A stretch of DNA of 64,000 nt, from assembly GCA_051362555.1 (NCBI GenBank), contig CM120649.1, positions 14,942,001-15,006,000 on the forward strand, given 5' to 3'. The notes beneath the pieces are model-generated. The model made no database searches and was not told the DNA's origin. It worked only from the letters and a program-made list of their open reading frames with translations. A program made the position numbers and the translations under genes. The number at the start of each line of letters is the position of its first letter. The stretch's first letter is position 1. Below are positions 24,786-38,744 of this stretch, one piece after another. This DNA is from Lingula anatina (lineage: Eukaryota; Animalia; Brachiopoda).

Positions 24786-27700
24786 CTATAAAATTGGTGA
24801 TGATTCTTCCCAAGGTCCATCCACAAGACTCCTCAGAGAGCGTCGAGATTTATTCAACATGGCTTCTATTCTTTTCCGTGCTCTACGCTCCTCCTCCAGT
24901 TCTTTACGTAGTAGCACTTGTTCCTGGCAAAAATAATTAAATCAATAAGATGAATACATAAAATAAAATGGAATGAATAAATAAATAAATAAATCAGAAA
25001 TCATACCAAAATTGACAGTTAATCACCCTAAACTTTTTCATCTCATGATATCAAGCCTTTTTTTTCGAAAAAAAAAAAAAAAAAAAAAAAACGCCTTTAA
25101 ACAAGCAATCAAAAAACATTACCTCTCTCAATTCTTTCAGCTGGTCTTTGATGGCATACACTGTGTCTACCAATGTCCTGAAGCACAATAATAAACCATC
25201 CATGGGTTATATGAGATTCACTGCTTCATTCTACAATCTTTTTTAACAAAAAGTGCCAAATTTAAGGTTGGGAGTACCTTACAAGAGGGTTGAACTCCCA
25301 AAAAGGAAGTACGTTGATAATTCTGGCACTTTCTCCCTTTTACACAGTGCACTTGAAATAATACGTGAACCGTAGAAGTACATATCTTGGCTTTCTTCAT
25401 CCCAAAAGTGTACATGAAATGTAACATAGGTGTTAAGCTTTGTAAAGAGCCGATTTAGTGAACCTTTCGAGCACACAAAAGGTGATTTTGTTTAACTGAG
25501 GCCTGCTGCTTGATGCATTCATCGTTTCACTTCTTAGCTTTAAGAATTGGTTTCAGATGACCGAGGGCTCATTTTTAATGAAACTAATATTCTATGTAGA
25601 CTGATCCAACTCTTCTGGCACTCTTGCTGAATGCAATCAAATTAACAGATTAACATGCCTCATCTTTCGTCTCCAAAGTACTTATAAAATCACCAACCCC
25701 TCCATATTCTAGTCAAAGTCAGGAGGAGGCACTTTAATCTGTTAATCTATTGCATCCACCAAATTGAAAAGTCCTCGCAGAAGTGGATTACTCAACGTAG
25801 AACAACAGTTTCATTGGGAATGATCACTTACTTCTCCTCCACCACCGTCTGGTCGCCCTTCTGCTCCTCAAAGATTATCTTCTCCTCTTCAGCTATCAAC
25901 ATGTGAGGACTGTCTAATAGAGCTGGAAAATAGGCCAAGAATTTTCATGTGGGGGCTGTCTAATAGAGCTGGAAAATAGTGATAGAATTTTCATGTGGGG
26001 GCTGTCTAACATAGCTGGAAAATAGTGATAGAATTTTCATGTGGGGGCTGTCTAATAGAGCTGGAAAATAGTGATAGAATTTTCATGTGAGGGCTGTCTA
26101 ACATAGCTGGAAAATAGTGGTAGAATTTTCATGTGGGGGCTGTCTAACAGAGCTGGAAAATAGTGAATGAATTTTCATGTGAGGGCTGTCTAACATAGCT
26201 GGAAAATGGGCCAAGAATTTTCATGTGGGGGTTGTCTAACAGAGTTACATTCAATATATTTTCTAAAAGAGATGCTTATTATCAGATAAATTGCAATACT
26301 TTGAAGAATGTCAATCACTAACTTTTTGAAGCAATCGAAAAAAAGTGAGAAAAACAAAAATGTAGATTAACACCTGCTATTATCGTATTTTATGTCTAAA
26401 ATATCCAGATGACAGGGAGAATAAAGATATCATTCAGTTAAATACCTGGCAGAATATAAAAAAGAAAATTAATACTGCAATGTGTGTGTGTGTGTGTGTG
26501 GGGGGGGGGGGGTCTTTAAAAGAAAATAAGGGAAGGGGCTGCATATCACCTGCTCACATACAGGAAAACCTTACCACATTTCACAGACAACACACTTGAT
26601 AATCATTACATGTGACTGAATGTTACAACAATCATGATACAACATGTAACACAAACCATAAATAACAAAACCCGACTTACAGAGATCTATACACAAACCT
26701 TATACACACAACTGACAAACAAAGATACATGCATGAGATATGTATTGGACTGATATATTGCAGACAGATGAAAGAAAGAGCTATGGCAGACTGATAGAAA
26801 AAAAAAACAAACAACAACAACAACTTAAAAAACCATGAAAAGCAACTTTCTTGTAAAACACTTATAACTAATCTAAATCACTGTAGTCATTAAGAACCGA
26901 GATGCCATCAGAATATTGATAATCTTAAGTGTTAATTTTCTAAAATGATAACATTCACAATCCATTTGGAACAAATTAAAACTGGTTCCAAACAAGTCTA
27001 ACTGACATCAACTGTCACATCATCTTCAGCCCAGCATGAAGCCACCTAATGTAATGAAGCATTACATTGCAAAGGTGGATTTCTGCTGGACTGAATACTA
27101 ACCATACTAAAAATCAAATAATAAGGAGTACACAAACTATCCCTCCCCCCTCAAAGAAAAATCACTAGACAATTAAGCAAAGCTACATTTAACATTTAAT
27201 TTAATCCTAATTATGTTAACTGTTACCATGATCACAGACATTATTCTTTATTAAAGGAAAAACATATTATCATAAATATAGTTATAAAACATTAATAATA
27301 TACTTACTGTAATGCATGAATTGTTTTTTAATATATAATTGATATAATTAACAGAAAATTACTGTTTTGGTCTAAACAAAGTATGGTTAGGAAAATGGCT
27401 GATTATGTATTTAAATTTTGTTTTGTATAGCATCTATACTGTTTCCTAATTGAAAGCAAACACAACAGTAATCCATAACATTAGGCCATTCTTAACATGC
27501 AGGAAATAAAAAAACAACATTTTAGTTGAATAAATATATACCAGAACACTTCCAAACTGGTTTAAAAAATCTATTCACCATTATTTTCTGTTAGTGTTTT
27601 ATTTTAATGTTTTAACCCAACATCAGAAAACCATTCTCTATTATAATCAAACCTACTCAAAGTACTTAAAACAAAATTGGAATGAAATCAAGTGAAGACA

Positions 27701-27831
27701 GAACTAAATAGTTTCATAACAATTAGCCTCCATTTCAATACATAAATATCTATGAAATCTTAAAACCTGGATAATTAACAGCAGGCTGACAAAAAAAATA
27801 AAATAAATAAATAACGGAATACAAATAGAAC

Positions 27832-27886
<55 letters not shown>

Positions 27887-30800
27887 ACAATAAAAAATAT
27901 TAAATTAAAATAAATTAACTCTATCCTTTCTCAAAGACAGGCATCATATATTACAAGCCAAATTTAGTAGCCAAGGGTAGTGGGGGGTTTAACTCATAAT
28001 ACGTACTTAGGTCAATCACATCGAGCAAAAAAATCCACTTTGTTACCTTTTCTGACAGGAGAGTGTCCCGGAGAGCTGATCTTAGTGGATAAGGCAGGTT
28101 TATCATTGAGATACAGAATTGGCGTGTTACACCAATAGTCAACACTAAAATCTTCAATAGTGAAAAGATATAATTATTAAAAATAATCATATAAAAAACT
28201 TGATTGGCAAATTACTTCGAAATGTTTTCTACTTGAATTTAGCATTCTAAAGTAAAATATTAGAATCTACATTATTTATCCTACAATAACACTGACATAT
28301 TATCACCAGTTATAATTAAATTTAATCTAATTATAATTAGATACCACATTTATTTATTAAATTCAGATTTTCAGGAGGACACGTTGTACTGATAATTTTC
28401 ACAAATGATTTCACATATTATATTTAACTTATTAATTAATAAAATAAAAACATGCTTACTTTTATTCAGGGTTCAAAATAAATTTCTGTGTTGACATAAT
28501 GCAGGGGGGAAAACTCCGTTAAGCACTACATCATTTATTAATTTGGCAATTGAAATAATCTACAAGATGCCTAGTTGATTAACATATCGAGCACATTAAT
28601 ATTTTTCAGATTATTTAGAACTATAGCATGCATCAGGGAGTCTAACACGACATACCAAAAGAACAATACCAGGCCAAAAAGTTTACATGAGATTACTTTT
28701 ATCCAAAATCTACTTTTCACATTTGTACTTTTTTCATTTTCACAAACAAAAACTGCCATGCATTGACTGTGAATAGTGCTACATCATATTAAATATTATG
28801 ATATAATAGTATATCTTCACAAAATTTATTCAGATGATATTTAAGCCTATAATCAAGGGAATAACATGGAATGACTTCGATCTACTTTTAGTTACTAATT
28901 TAAAATCATACAGCAGGGATACAAGCATCAAAACAAAACAAAGGGATTTTTTAAAGGAAAATTATCAGCATCAAAAAAAAAAAAAAAAAAAGGATTTTTT
29001 AAAGGAAAATTATCATAGTAAAAAAACATAAAAATCTATCTAAAAATATTAGGTGAGTATGAAAATTTGTTGTCAAGATTTGATATATAACAAAATCAAT
29101 TAAAACAAGCATTTGGAGAGTTACAGATCATCATAATTATAATTTTGCATTCTATTTAATCAACCACTATCAACCATAATAATCTACCATATTCAAACAT
29201 AAGTTGATTTTAGTTAACATGGGCAGATTTGGCAGCAAAGGCTTATCTCTATCAGCAAGTTCCTTTTAATGGTGAATAAATAATAATAAAACTTAATTTT
29301 TAACATCACAAAAAGGCAAGACTCTTCAACTGAAATATATAACATAAGAACAATAGGGGTGAGATGGGTGGGGTGTTGGCATCGTTTTTATCTTTTTACC
29401 TCCCTGACTTGAAGGCCTTTTCCTCTGCTGCATAGGGCTATTGTTCAGACTCACATATGGGGTGTTAAAGCGGTAATGGACATCAAAACCTTGCAGATAG
29501 TGAGAGAGATGTAGAATGGACATCAGTATAGCAATAAGCAAACTGTAGCTCTAGATCTTAAATCATGACATGTATCGTTCCACCCACCCCCACATATTCT
29601 GCCCAAGCTTACAGAAAAAAAAAAAAAAAAAAAACAAAAAAAAAAACAGGGAACTTCCTTACCTGACAACATTTATTAAGAAATTGTAAGTAGTTCAAAC
29701 ATATTTTATACATAGGCAAAACTCTACTAAAGAAAAAAAAGGACACAATTTTACATTCTGACAATGATTATGTCACATCTGATGATAAAAAATTGGCGCA
29801 ATGCCATCAACATCTACTACATATTCCCCTTAATTAAGAGATCCACTCTCTCTCTCTTTAAAAGATATACTTTTGAAAGAATATTATTTCTAAAAGTCAT
29901 GTAGAATCACACACAGATATTTTAAAAAACATGTTCAAACTGACATATATTTTAATTAAAATTAAACATAAATTGCTTTTTTAAAAGCACTTTTCCCCAA
30001 GAATCTAAGCTGTATCTTATTTCAGTTTTATAATATCTTAATCAACGTGCTCTTCATTAAAAAAACTTCAACATTAAGCACTAAGGCTGAGCATAAATTT
30101 CCCATAAGCAATCATACTAAAAGCTTTCGGTTAGTAACACAATAAAAGGGGTAAAGAATAAAAAATAATGGGGTTTGATTAAAGGTACATACAAACCGAG
30201 CATCGGTGAAGTGTGGATTCCCAGTAACACATGTAAACCACTTCTACTAGATTCTTATATGACTCAAATAAATTCGACATGCCAAGGGAAAAACTGAATA
30301 GATCACTCGATCAACCATAAAAGACCTTTAGACTGCTCCTTTCTTCAAATTTATGGTTGTAAATTTAACCTACTTCCGTGACCTACTTTCCTGCCCCATT
30401 GACATACAGCTTAGAATGCCAGCAGAAAAATCTGTTCAAACATCATTTTTGGGTAAAATTAAACAATGCTTTCTGGTAATTCTCTTAGTTATACTACTTG
30501 AGACTATATGCTGGCATTTGGTTGGTTTTTGTGACAAAAAATTGACTTTGTATGCATCTTTAATATAGTTTAGCCTTTTTTTAGCCGACATTAGCTGTTA
30601 GTTACTAGGAATCACTTCTGCCACGTGAGGATAAACAAGGTCATTAAAAACCAGGTCAACTGCCATTTTAAACTAGGTCAATTATCATTACAAACCCATA
30701 AAAAAAATACTTGACACTGAAGATGATGACAAAATATCATCCTGACATCTGAGCTCAGTTTCACCAACATTGGACAGTGCTATCCTAGCGATGATACTTT

Positions 30801-33800
30801 CCATTAGGTAATTTATTATCCTATTGACACTTATCCTGAAGATATAGAGCATATCCATAGGATAATGCTATGGTAAAATTGTTTTCCTTCAGATTGTAAT
30901 CCTGAGGATATACAGCACATCAATAGGATTACATTATGATAATCTGTTATCCTCTGGAGAGTTATCTTGAGGATATAGAGCATATATTCACAGGATAACC
31001 CCATGATAATCTGTTATCCTCTGGATAGTTATCCAATGGATATAGAGCACATATCCCCAGGATAACCCTATGATAATCTGTTATCCTCTGGAGAGTTATC
31101 CAATGGATATAGGGCATAACTATAGGATAACACAATCTAATATTGATGTAAACAGACCCCAGTGTGTGTGTGTCAGTCTTTAGATTCCCAGAAACTAACG
31201 GCTTTTAAAATAAGAGGGCATTCACAGCAGATGATTCTTGGATCTACATATCCGTGGATTAAATATGGCGGACCATACATAAATAAAGAACCGACTAATC
31301 CACTGATGGTCTCCCTGCCTCCGCCATTAAATTGATTAAATCTGAGGTTTAATTGCTAGTTCCCTGCAAGGACAGGGCGTGTGGAGGCGGGGAGACAATC
31401 AGAGAATTAATTGGCTTCCCCACATGTGGGGTCTGCCATATTTGATCAGGGAATCTGTAGATCCAAGAATTATCTGTTGTGAATGCCCTCTAAGAAAAGG
31501 ATTACATGTAAAGAAAACCATCCACCTGCCTTGACATACACATTATCATACAACAAAAAATGTATAAGATTTAAATTATTGTACTTTTTTTGTTCAATTA
31601 TCAACTGCAATTCAATCAGATGCATTAATCTGTTCCCATCATCAATATAGAAAAAAAAAAGAAACTTCATGTGTTGAACATACTGTATTTTTTTAAACTG
31701 AAAATAAACACTTTGTATGTGTGCTTTGACAATTACAAAACCTACTTTCAATTCCTTACTGTCTTATGTTTAAAACACTTTAAAAGTGTTGATAAGGTCT
31801 TTAAAACGTCCTTCTTAAAAAAAAAAAAAAAAAAAAAAAACAATTAGTGCTAGTCAAGTTTCTAGGTGAGCCTCTTTAGGCTCTTTGTGATGCTTCGCGT
31901 AACAGGAAAACTTGCGCAACAAAAGCCACGCATTATCCTCATTCTAGTATAATCGCCATATTCTGGTGAAACTAATGGCGTCTGATCGGTGACGCTATCT
32001 CGGTCAAACTCACGTAACTTGGACAAATCCACTGTCAGTGAAAAAATGCAGCATGAAAGATGATGAAATCACACATTTATTGATGCCTGTTACTTCTGCT
32101 CTTGTTTTTTTATTTGACAAATGAAATTAGTAATACGTTAGAGAAATTGCAAATGAGGGGCAATATAAAATGACGGCTGCTTAAATAAATAAATAAATGA
32201 AAGAATGACTAGATGAGAGAAAAAAATTAAAGACATGATGAATAAACAATAAATAACAGACCAAACAAATCTAACACAGAGCAAAATAATTATAGAGGGA
32301 CATCAGTTGATGGGAAGCATGCTTTAGTGACTGACAACCTCTGGTTATCTGTTGAATCAATCATGTTTTTTTTTTCACATCAGGAGTAACATTTAATACC
32401 AAATAAACACCATAAGGCCATGCTGCATGATGTCAATGTAATTGCTACAACATCAACTTTCCATACACACACATGCACACGTACAAGTAAATAAAAAAAT
32501 AAATATTCTAGGCTATATTTATTGCACGCATAAAATCATAGCATTATAGGAACGCCCTTTCAACAGACTATAAAAACTGCACTATTTACCACATTAACTA
32601 GCCATGCAATACACCCAGCCTTGAGATTAGTGGCAAGTACAATGCTAGCTACTCTAAGTTCATTTCCAAAAATGTGGATCCCTCTCCCCCCCCCCTTAAT
32701 GGACCCAGCTTCAGAAATGGCATAGAACTGAACTTACATCGAAACCAGTGTGGACCTTTTCCAACCAAAAGTGTGGTTCTTTTGAACCCCCTAATTTGAA
32801 CATATGTAGTGATCAATACTTACTTTATCTTATGTCCGATTATTGGATATACTCTTCGACTATTCAAGGGAGAATGACCTTTCTGTTCCCTTAAAACACT
32901 TTTTAAAAATATCTTACACATACTCATTCTAGAGCTTTCTCTCTATTTTGCGACTCCTTTCCACATTCATTAACACATGACACCCAAAAATTAATCTTAC
33001 TAAAACCAAGGACAACTAAAAATAAAATTCTTTTATTTCAACAATACACTCTAAGACATTAGCTATCTAAAATTATTATAATCTTTATTGAGCACTAAAA
33101 CATGTACAAGTTACATTTTACAGACTCTCTACTCTACTTATAGTTTTATAAAATCTATATATGTAAAAAATACATAAGAAATGATTACTGGGAAGTAGTA
33201 CAACTATAATTGCTAGTGATGGGTGTATCGTTTTTTTTTTTGTTTTTTTTTTCAAACTTTCAAACTAAAATGGTGCTGTGGCTATCCTCTTGTTTCAAAA
33301 TTTAAAATGTTTTGTTGTTGTTGTTTCCTTCAATTTTTTATATACATTCACATATGGGTCCCAAACTTCCCCATGTTATTCTGAGATTACTGTCGTTACA
33401 ACTGGGGGAAGGGATGAAGGGGGGGGGAGGGACAGTTGATCTGTAAAATTGTTTGGAAACAGCAGTAAAGCTCCTAATCACAAGGGCAGATTGAGACTGT
33501 CTTCTGGAAGACAGTCAGATTTCAGTCTTTATTGATGGGTATCTATTTTTTTTCTGTTGGAAGACCATCAAAAATGGAGGATGGATCAACAAAGATAATT
33601 GGGAATACTGTCAGAAAATATCTCTGGATCCACTCCTACATCACGACCAGTAGTTGAGGAGCTCTGATCACAGAAGGCAAACTAACCAGGTACAACTTTA
33701 AACATGTTTTACAGACCCAAAGTAATCAAGCAATCAAACAGCAATAATGCCTTGTTAATGAGTGATGAGCAATGTAAAAACTGTACATTGTGCGGAGTTA

Positions 33801-36800
33801 ATGATATTTTTATACAAATCCCCCTCTGGCTATATAGCTACATGGGAATGCTTGGTTGGTATATGCATAAAAAAGACTTGACAGGTAATTTCATTTCACA
33901 TCTGTATTTACACACAAAATAATTTTTTTTTCACAAATATTGGGGATGTTGTTATGTTGAAAGGTTTCGATAGAAATGTAGAAATTCTTTTATCATTAGT
34001 TTTCAATTTCAAAGCAACTGTAACTATGCTAGCCAACATTCCACCTGCTAACAGCCAAATATATTCAAACTGATAAAGTATTCAGTTTATTTCCCAAGCT
34101 ACTGACAAAAGAATTTCAATCTTCAAATCTATAAAAATTTTAAACTATCTGGGTTGTATCATGCATTCACTGGTCATTGTTATATAAGATATACTGACCA
34201 TTAATATACAACATATATACAACATATTCAACTGTAGCTGAATTAATAGAAGCTGACATAAAACAACAACTAGTTCTACCACTTCATGTACAAGATACAT
34301 AAAGATTTCTTACATCAAAAGCATATGCAATATCTCAGATGGGGTAGCTTAAAACACAGGGTGCAAACTGTATCTCTGAACATGGGGTGTAAACTTTATC
34401 TTAAGACACAGGGTGCAAATTTTTCCTTTTCTCCAATCACAGACTTTGACAGAGTACCATAGGCAAGCCAGCAATTTTATTTAAAAGCTTTCCTTGAGAA
34501 AAAGTGGACCTTTTTACCCCTTGAGTTGACATATCTTTAAAAGTGAAATAGGACTTGGATTAAATTTTGTTTCTGAGTGAATTTTTTCTGACCAAAAGGA
34601 TAGACTAATTTCTTTCAACCCCCTTCCCAGTGCCTGATAAGCTTAACTTTATGCGACAAGAATAAGTATATGTAAGCCAGTTAACTTTTGTGCATATTCC
34701 GTCAAAACCAGGCATTTAAAATCCTCTTCGTGCCCAGTCTCCTTAAATATAAGCTTTCTGTGTTTTCTGTGCATGCATATTTGTGCATTTGCACAAAACT
34801 CATTTTACATCTTAAAAATCTTGGCAAGCCTATGAATAGGCCCAACAATGATGAGGTGACAGACCAAAAGTTGTCACAGCAAGGTTTGACCCCCTAAGGC
34901 AGGAACACTTCTCCGACAAGACATCACTGACACGCACTCATGCCATCAATGTCAACTATGCTGTCTAGGACCAATTTCACAATGAGAGCAACCTATTAAA
35001 AGCTGGCCCCAGTTAAAAAAAGAAAAAAAAAACTCAAGCCAGTTCCCTGGCTTAGTTGGCTAGGATTTCCATGAGAGTGCTGTTACACTGCTCTTGATAG
35101 GGTAAGATTTGCCCATGTGACCATGTAACCTTGGTAATTAAGTTCTTAGCCAGGGAACCTGACTTGAGTTTTTTGTGAAACCGGGGCCTGGTCTAAACTT
35201 TTACACCAAAATAACGAGAAAATTAAACCTTATACTGGATCTTACTTTAAAACAGAGGTCACAATGTTTCGACCTTATTGCAAGACCTTGAACTTAATTG
35301 GAGTTGTCACCAGTGGCATAAGGTAACAGTCACCTGCTTATCAGTTCACATGAATATTGAAACTGTTATCAGTTTAACATAAGATCCAGTATCAGATTAA
35401 ATTTTCTCATTATTTTGGTCTAAAGGTTGGTCAAAACATTCACTTTTACACAAAAAATTTGATCTGCTTCAATTTAGGATAATTGTGTAATTGTCCACTA
35501 TGATGAAGAAACTATTGACTTATATTTTAGCTTGTTTACATCGACATGGTTTAAAACCTTGAAAAACATGCAGCAAGTTAAATCACGACCTCTGTTAACT
35601 CTGTGGTTTAACCATTTAAATTACTGTCATCATCATATAAATCAGTGACAACATTTTTGAGGTGGACTATCACTGGCTTACCTTGGGGCAAAGTAGACTA
35701 AGAACTTAGTCTACAAATTAAGACCAACTTTCAGACTATTGCCCATTTGTGAAGTCAGCCCCTAAACAATGCAGACTGATCCAGTAAACATTCTAAGTCA
35801 GTCTACCTGGAAGGACCCCACCCCCCCACCCCAATGATGGTCAGAATTATGGGTTTTGATATGGAACTGAAGTCTGTTGTCTAGGATACAATCATGTTTG
35901 GGGGTCTGGGTCTGCCCCAAACTAGTTAAACTGACACAGAATGTTTCCAGGGGCGGATCCAGAGATATTTTCTGACAGTCTTCCAAATTATCTTTGTGGA
36001 TCCATCCTCCATTTTTGACCGTCTTCCGACAGAAAAAGATAGATACCCCTCAATGTAAACTTGAAAATCTGACCGTCTTCTGGAAGACCCAGAAGACAGC
36101 CTAAATCCGCCCCTGGTTTCTGCCTATGGACTTTATTTATATTATAAGAAAACATGTGTAATACTCACATGAGTTAACAGTGTGTCTTGTCTTGGCACTT
36201 GTACAGTAGGCTTCAATGACTTTCAGAATCAGTGCGTCCTCCATTGTCTTGGCATCATCAACTGAAATGACATTGTGTTAGGTGAGAATCAAAGGCACAT
36301 CCTGGCACAATCACCAATTGTGCTGGGTGTGACAAGCACAGCACACCTGACACAACCAGCTGAAGTTGTCACAGGAATGGGAACAAAAATTTTAAAACAC
36401 TGAAAGTAGAAATTGGAACTTTTTACAACAGTTTATATAGTCATTTTTAACACTTTTGATACCTTTCTTATCACAGCAAATCAATGATAGACAACCTGAC
36501 ATCTGAAATAATGTTTCAGTGAATACTTTCCTTAATTTTGATATTTGACTTGATAACAGTGAAATAGCATACTTTATCCACCAATACTAGTATGCATGTA
36601 CAGCATAAATTCTCACTGAAGATCCATCTCAATATAACATTGACATAAAAAAAACATGCAAAACATATCAAACATGCCGCTGAAACACTTTACTCATCCG
36701 AGACTACTAAAAAATATTTCAAAAGCAAAACATTCCTTCAGCCCATAACTCTTACATCATGTATACATAGTCATTATGAAACAATTAAATCACAACATAA

Positions 36801-38713
36801 ATGTCATGCCATTAATGTTTATCATTATGCGCTGGATACCATACTATGATTGTGAGAAAATACACAGAAAATAGTACCATACAACTCCTAGTACCATGAT
36901 CATAAAACTATAAAATGCACCAAGTAATTATACATCCATGTGTGTATAATATGTAACTCCAGGAAACAATTCACAAAAAACACAATTGCTTCCAGCATAG
37001 ACCAATTTAAGCAGAGAGTGAACCAATGCAATAAGTGGAAATTTTATCAGATGTTGCAGCAGCACTGATTTTTCAAAGTCAAAAATAACTGCCCCTGTAA
37101 GTGAATAACTAAAGAATAAATTAAAAATAATAATAATAATAATAAAGTTAACAAATGCTGCTCACATGCAATCAAGTGAGGAATATAATTTCAGGCTGGA
37201 CAAGCTAAATACGAGGGTGACATACAGGGCAGGCGAATCTTTTCTTACAAAGCATAGCTCCAAACTTTGCGAACGTTCTATTTGGGAGTGGTGCAAACTT
37301 GCATAATGTGCTGCTTGCATGCATACTTATATTTATGACAAAGTAATGTCAGTGTTGGGCAATTTTTCTTTTTTCCATTTTTCCTTCTCCATCTTTATTT
37401 CCTATTTCAGTGATATGCTATCCCCACATACTTCTGTTACTTAACATTGCGTTCCCATAGATCTGTGTGTTGTATGAGATGAGCTGCGAAAACACAATGT
37501 AAGCCTAGGGAAATATATCACGATATATCATGGGAATAAGAATTAATAGGAGTAGGGAATAAAGAAGGACAAGAAACAGGATTTTCCAACATTTTTGAGA
37601 ACAAAATTCCCTGGAGTTTCCTTGATCTGAGGAACTTATCGCATGTTCCCAGAATTTTCCCTGACTAAAAAAAAGGGGGATTCGAAGTCATTTTCCAGGT
37701 CTTCCCTGATTTCCAGGTAGGCTGATAACCATGATAAACATGACCTACCAAAACACTACTTTGTCATATATATTGATAATGATCACAAGCTAACAGGGAT
37801 ATATATATATATATACACTGTATGCTAAAATGATAGGTACACCAAAACCAATGATGGAGAAGGGAAGCTGGTCGGTGGGAAGGAACAAGATGGAAAAGTA
37901 AAGGCAGAAGTGGGGAAGTTTTAAAAAATCTGCAAAATATAAATACTAGGTTATATAAGATGGCTATGAACAAGTCTTCATAGGTCTTAATGAACAAGTT
38001 ATTCTTCTGACATTTTCCTGCTATAATTTTTTTCTGCCACCTGTAACATTTTTTCTGGTATAATTGCTTCTGCTATCTTAAATTGCCAGATATTTCGCAA
38101 ATGAAAAACGAAAAATCCATCAAGATGTTTCTTTCATATAAAATCCCTTCACCATGCCTGGTTTTTGGTGACCTTCACAGTACAGTAAAACTAGGCTTAG
38201 AAAGTCTCTTGGATTTCATCAGTCATGCTCATAATAAAACAACGAGGACCGTGAATATACTAACTTTTCCTGATAGACAGATAATCATCCTCTGACTTAG
38301 CTCGCTCTGAAATGTCGCCAAGGATATTTAATACATGAAAACTGGTGACATTTTTCTGCAAGGGGAATCATATATGTAAAATTTTGTCCCTTACATTTCT
38401 GTAACTTCTAGTACTGAGAAATATAAATGCCAATCGGCTGTCAAACTTTAAATAAATACATAAATAAATCTTTTTTTAAACCATTTTGCACACGACCTAT
38501 TAGTTAGCCAAAATTAAAACTACTGTTCATGGCAATAGCAAATTATGAAGCACAGTTTAATATGAAATGGCAATGCTGGATAAACTGCAGATATGAAAAG
38601 CTTCAATAACAGTTTATGGAGACACATGATTTAAAGCATGAAAGCTGCCACTAGTGTCAACATACACCTCTAGTCCATTATAATGGCCAACATAAGCTGA
38701 CAATTAGCCATCA

Positions 38714-38744
<31 letters not shown>

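Noticed and set aside
25900-26245. CRISPR-like regular repeats (also 55920..56266 and 45178..46600)
   Set aside because: No unique spacers, no cas genes, eukaryotic intron context; these are plain tandem repeats.
37226-37485. Possible extra PIX cassette exons on the minus strand
   Set aside because: Splice-like signals exist, but the phases do not fit the flanking phase-1 junctions and no PIX similarity was seen.
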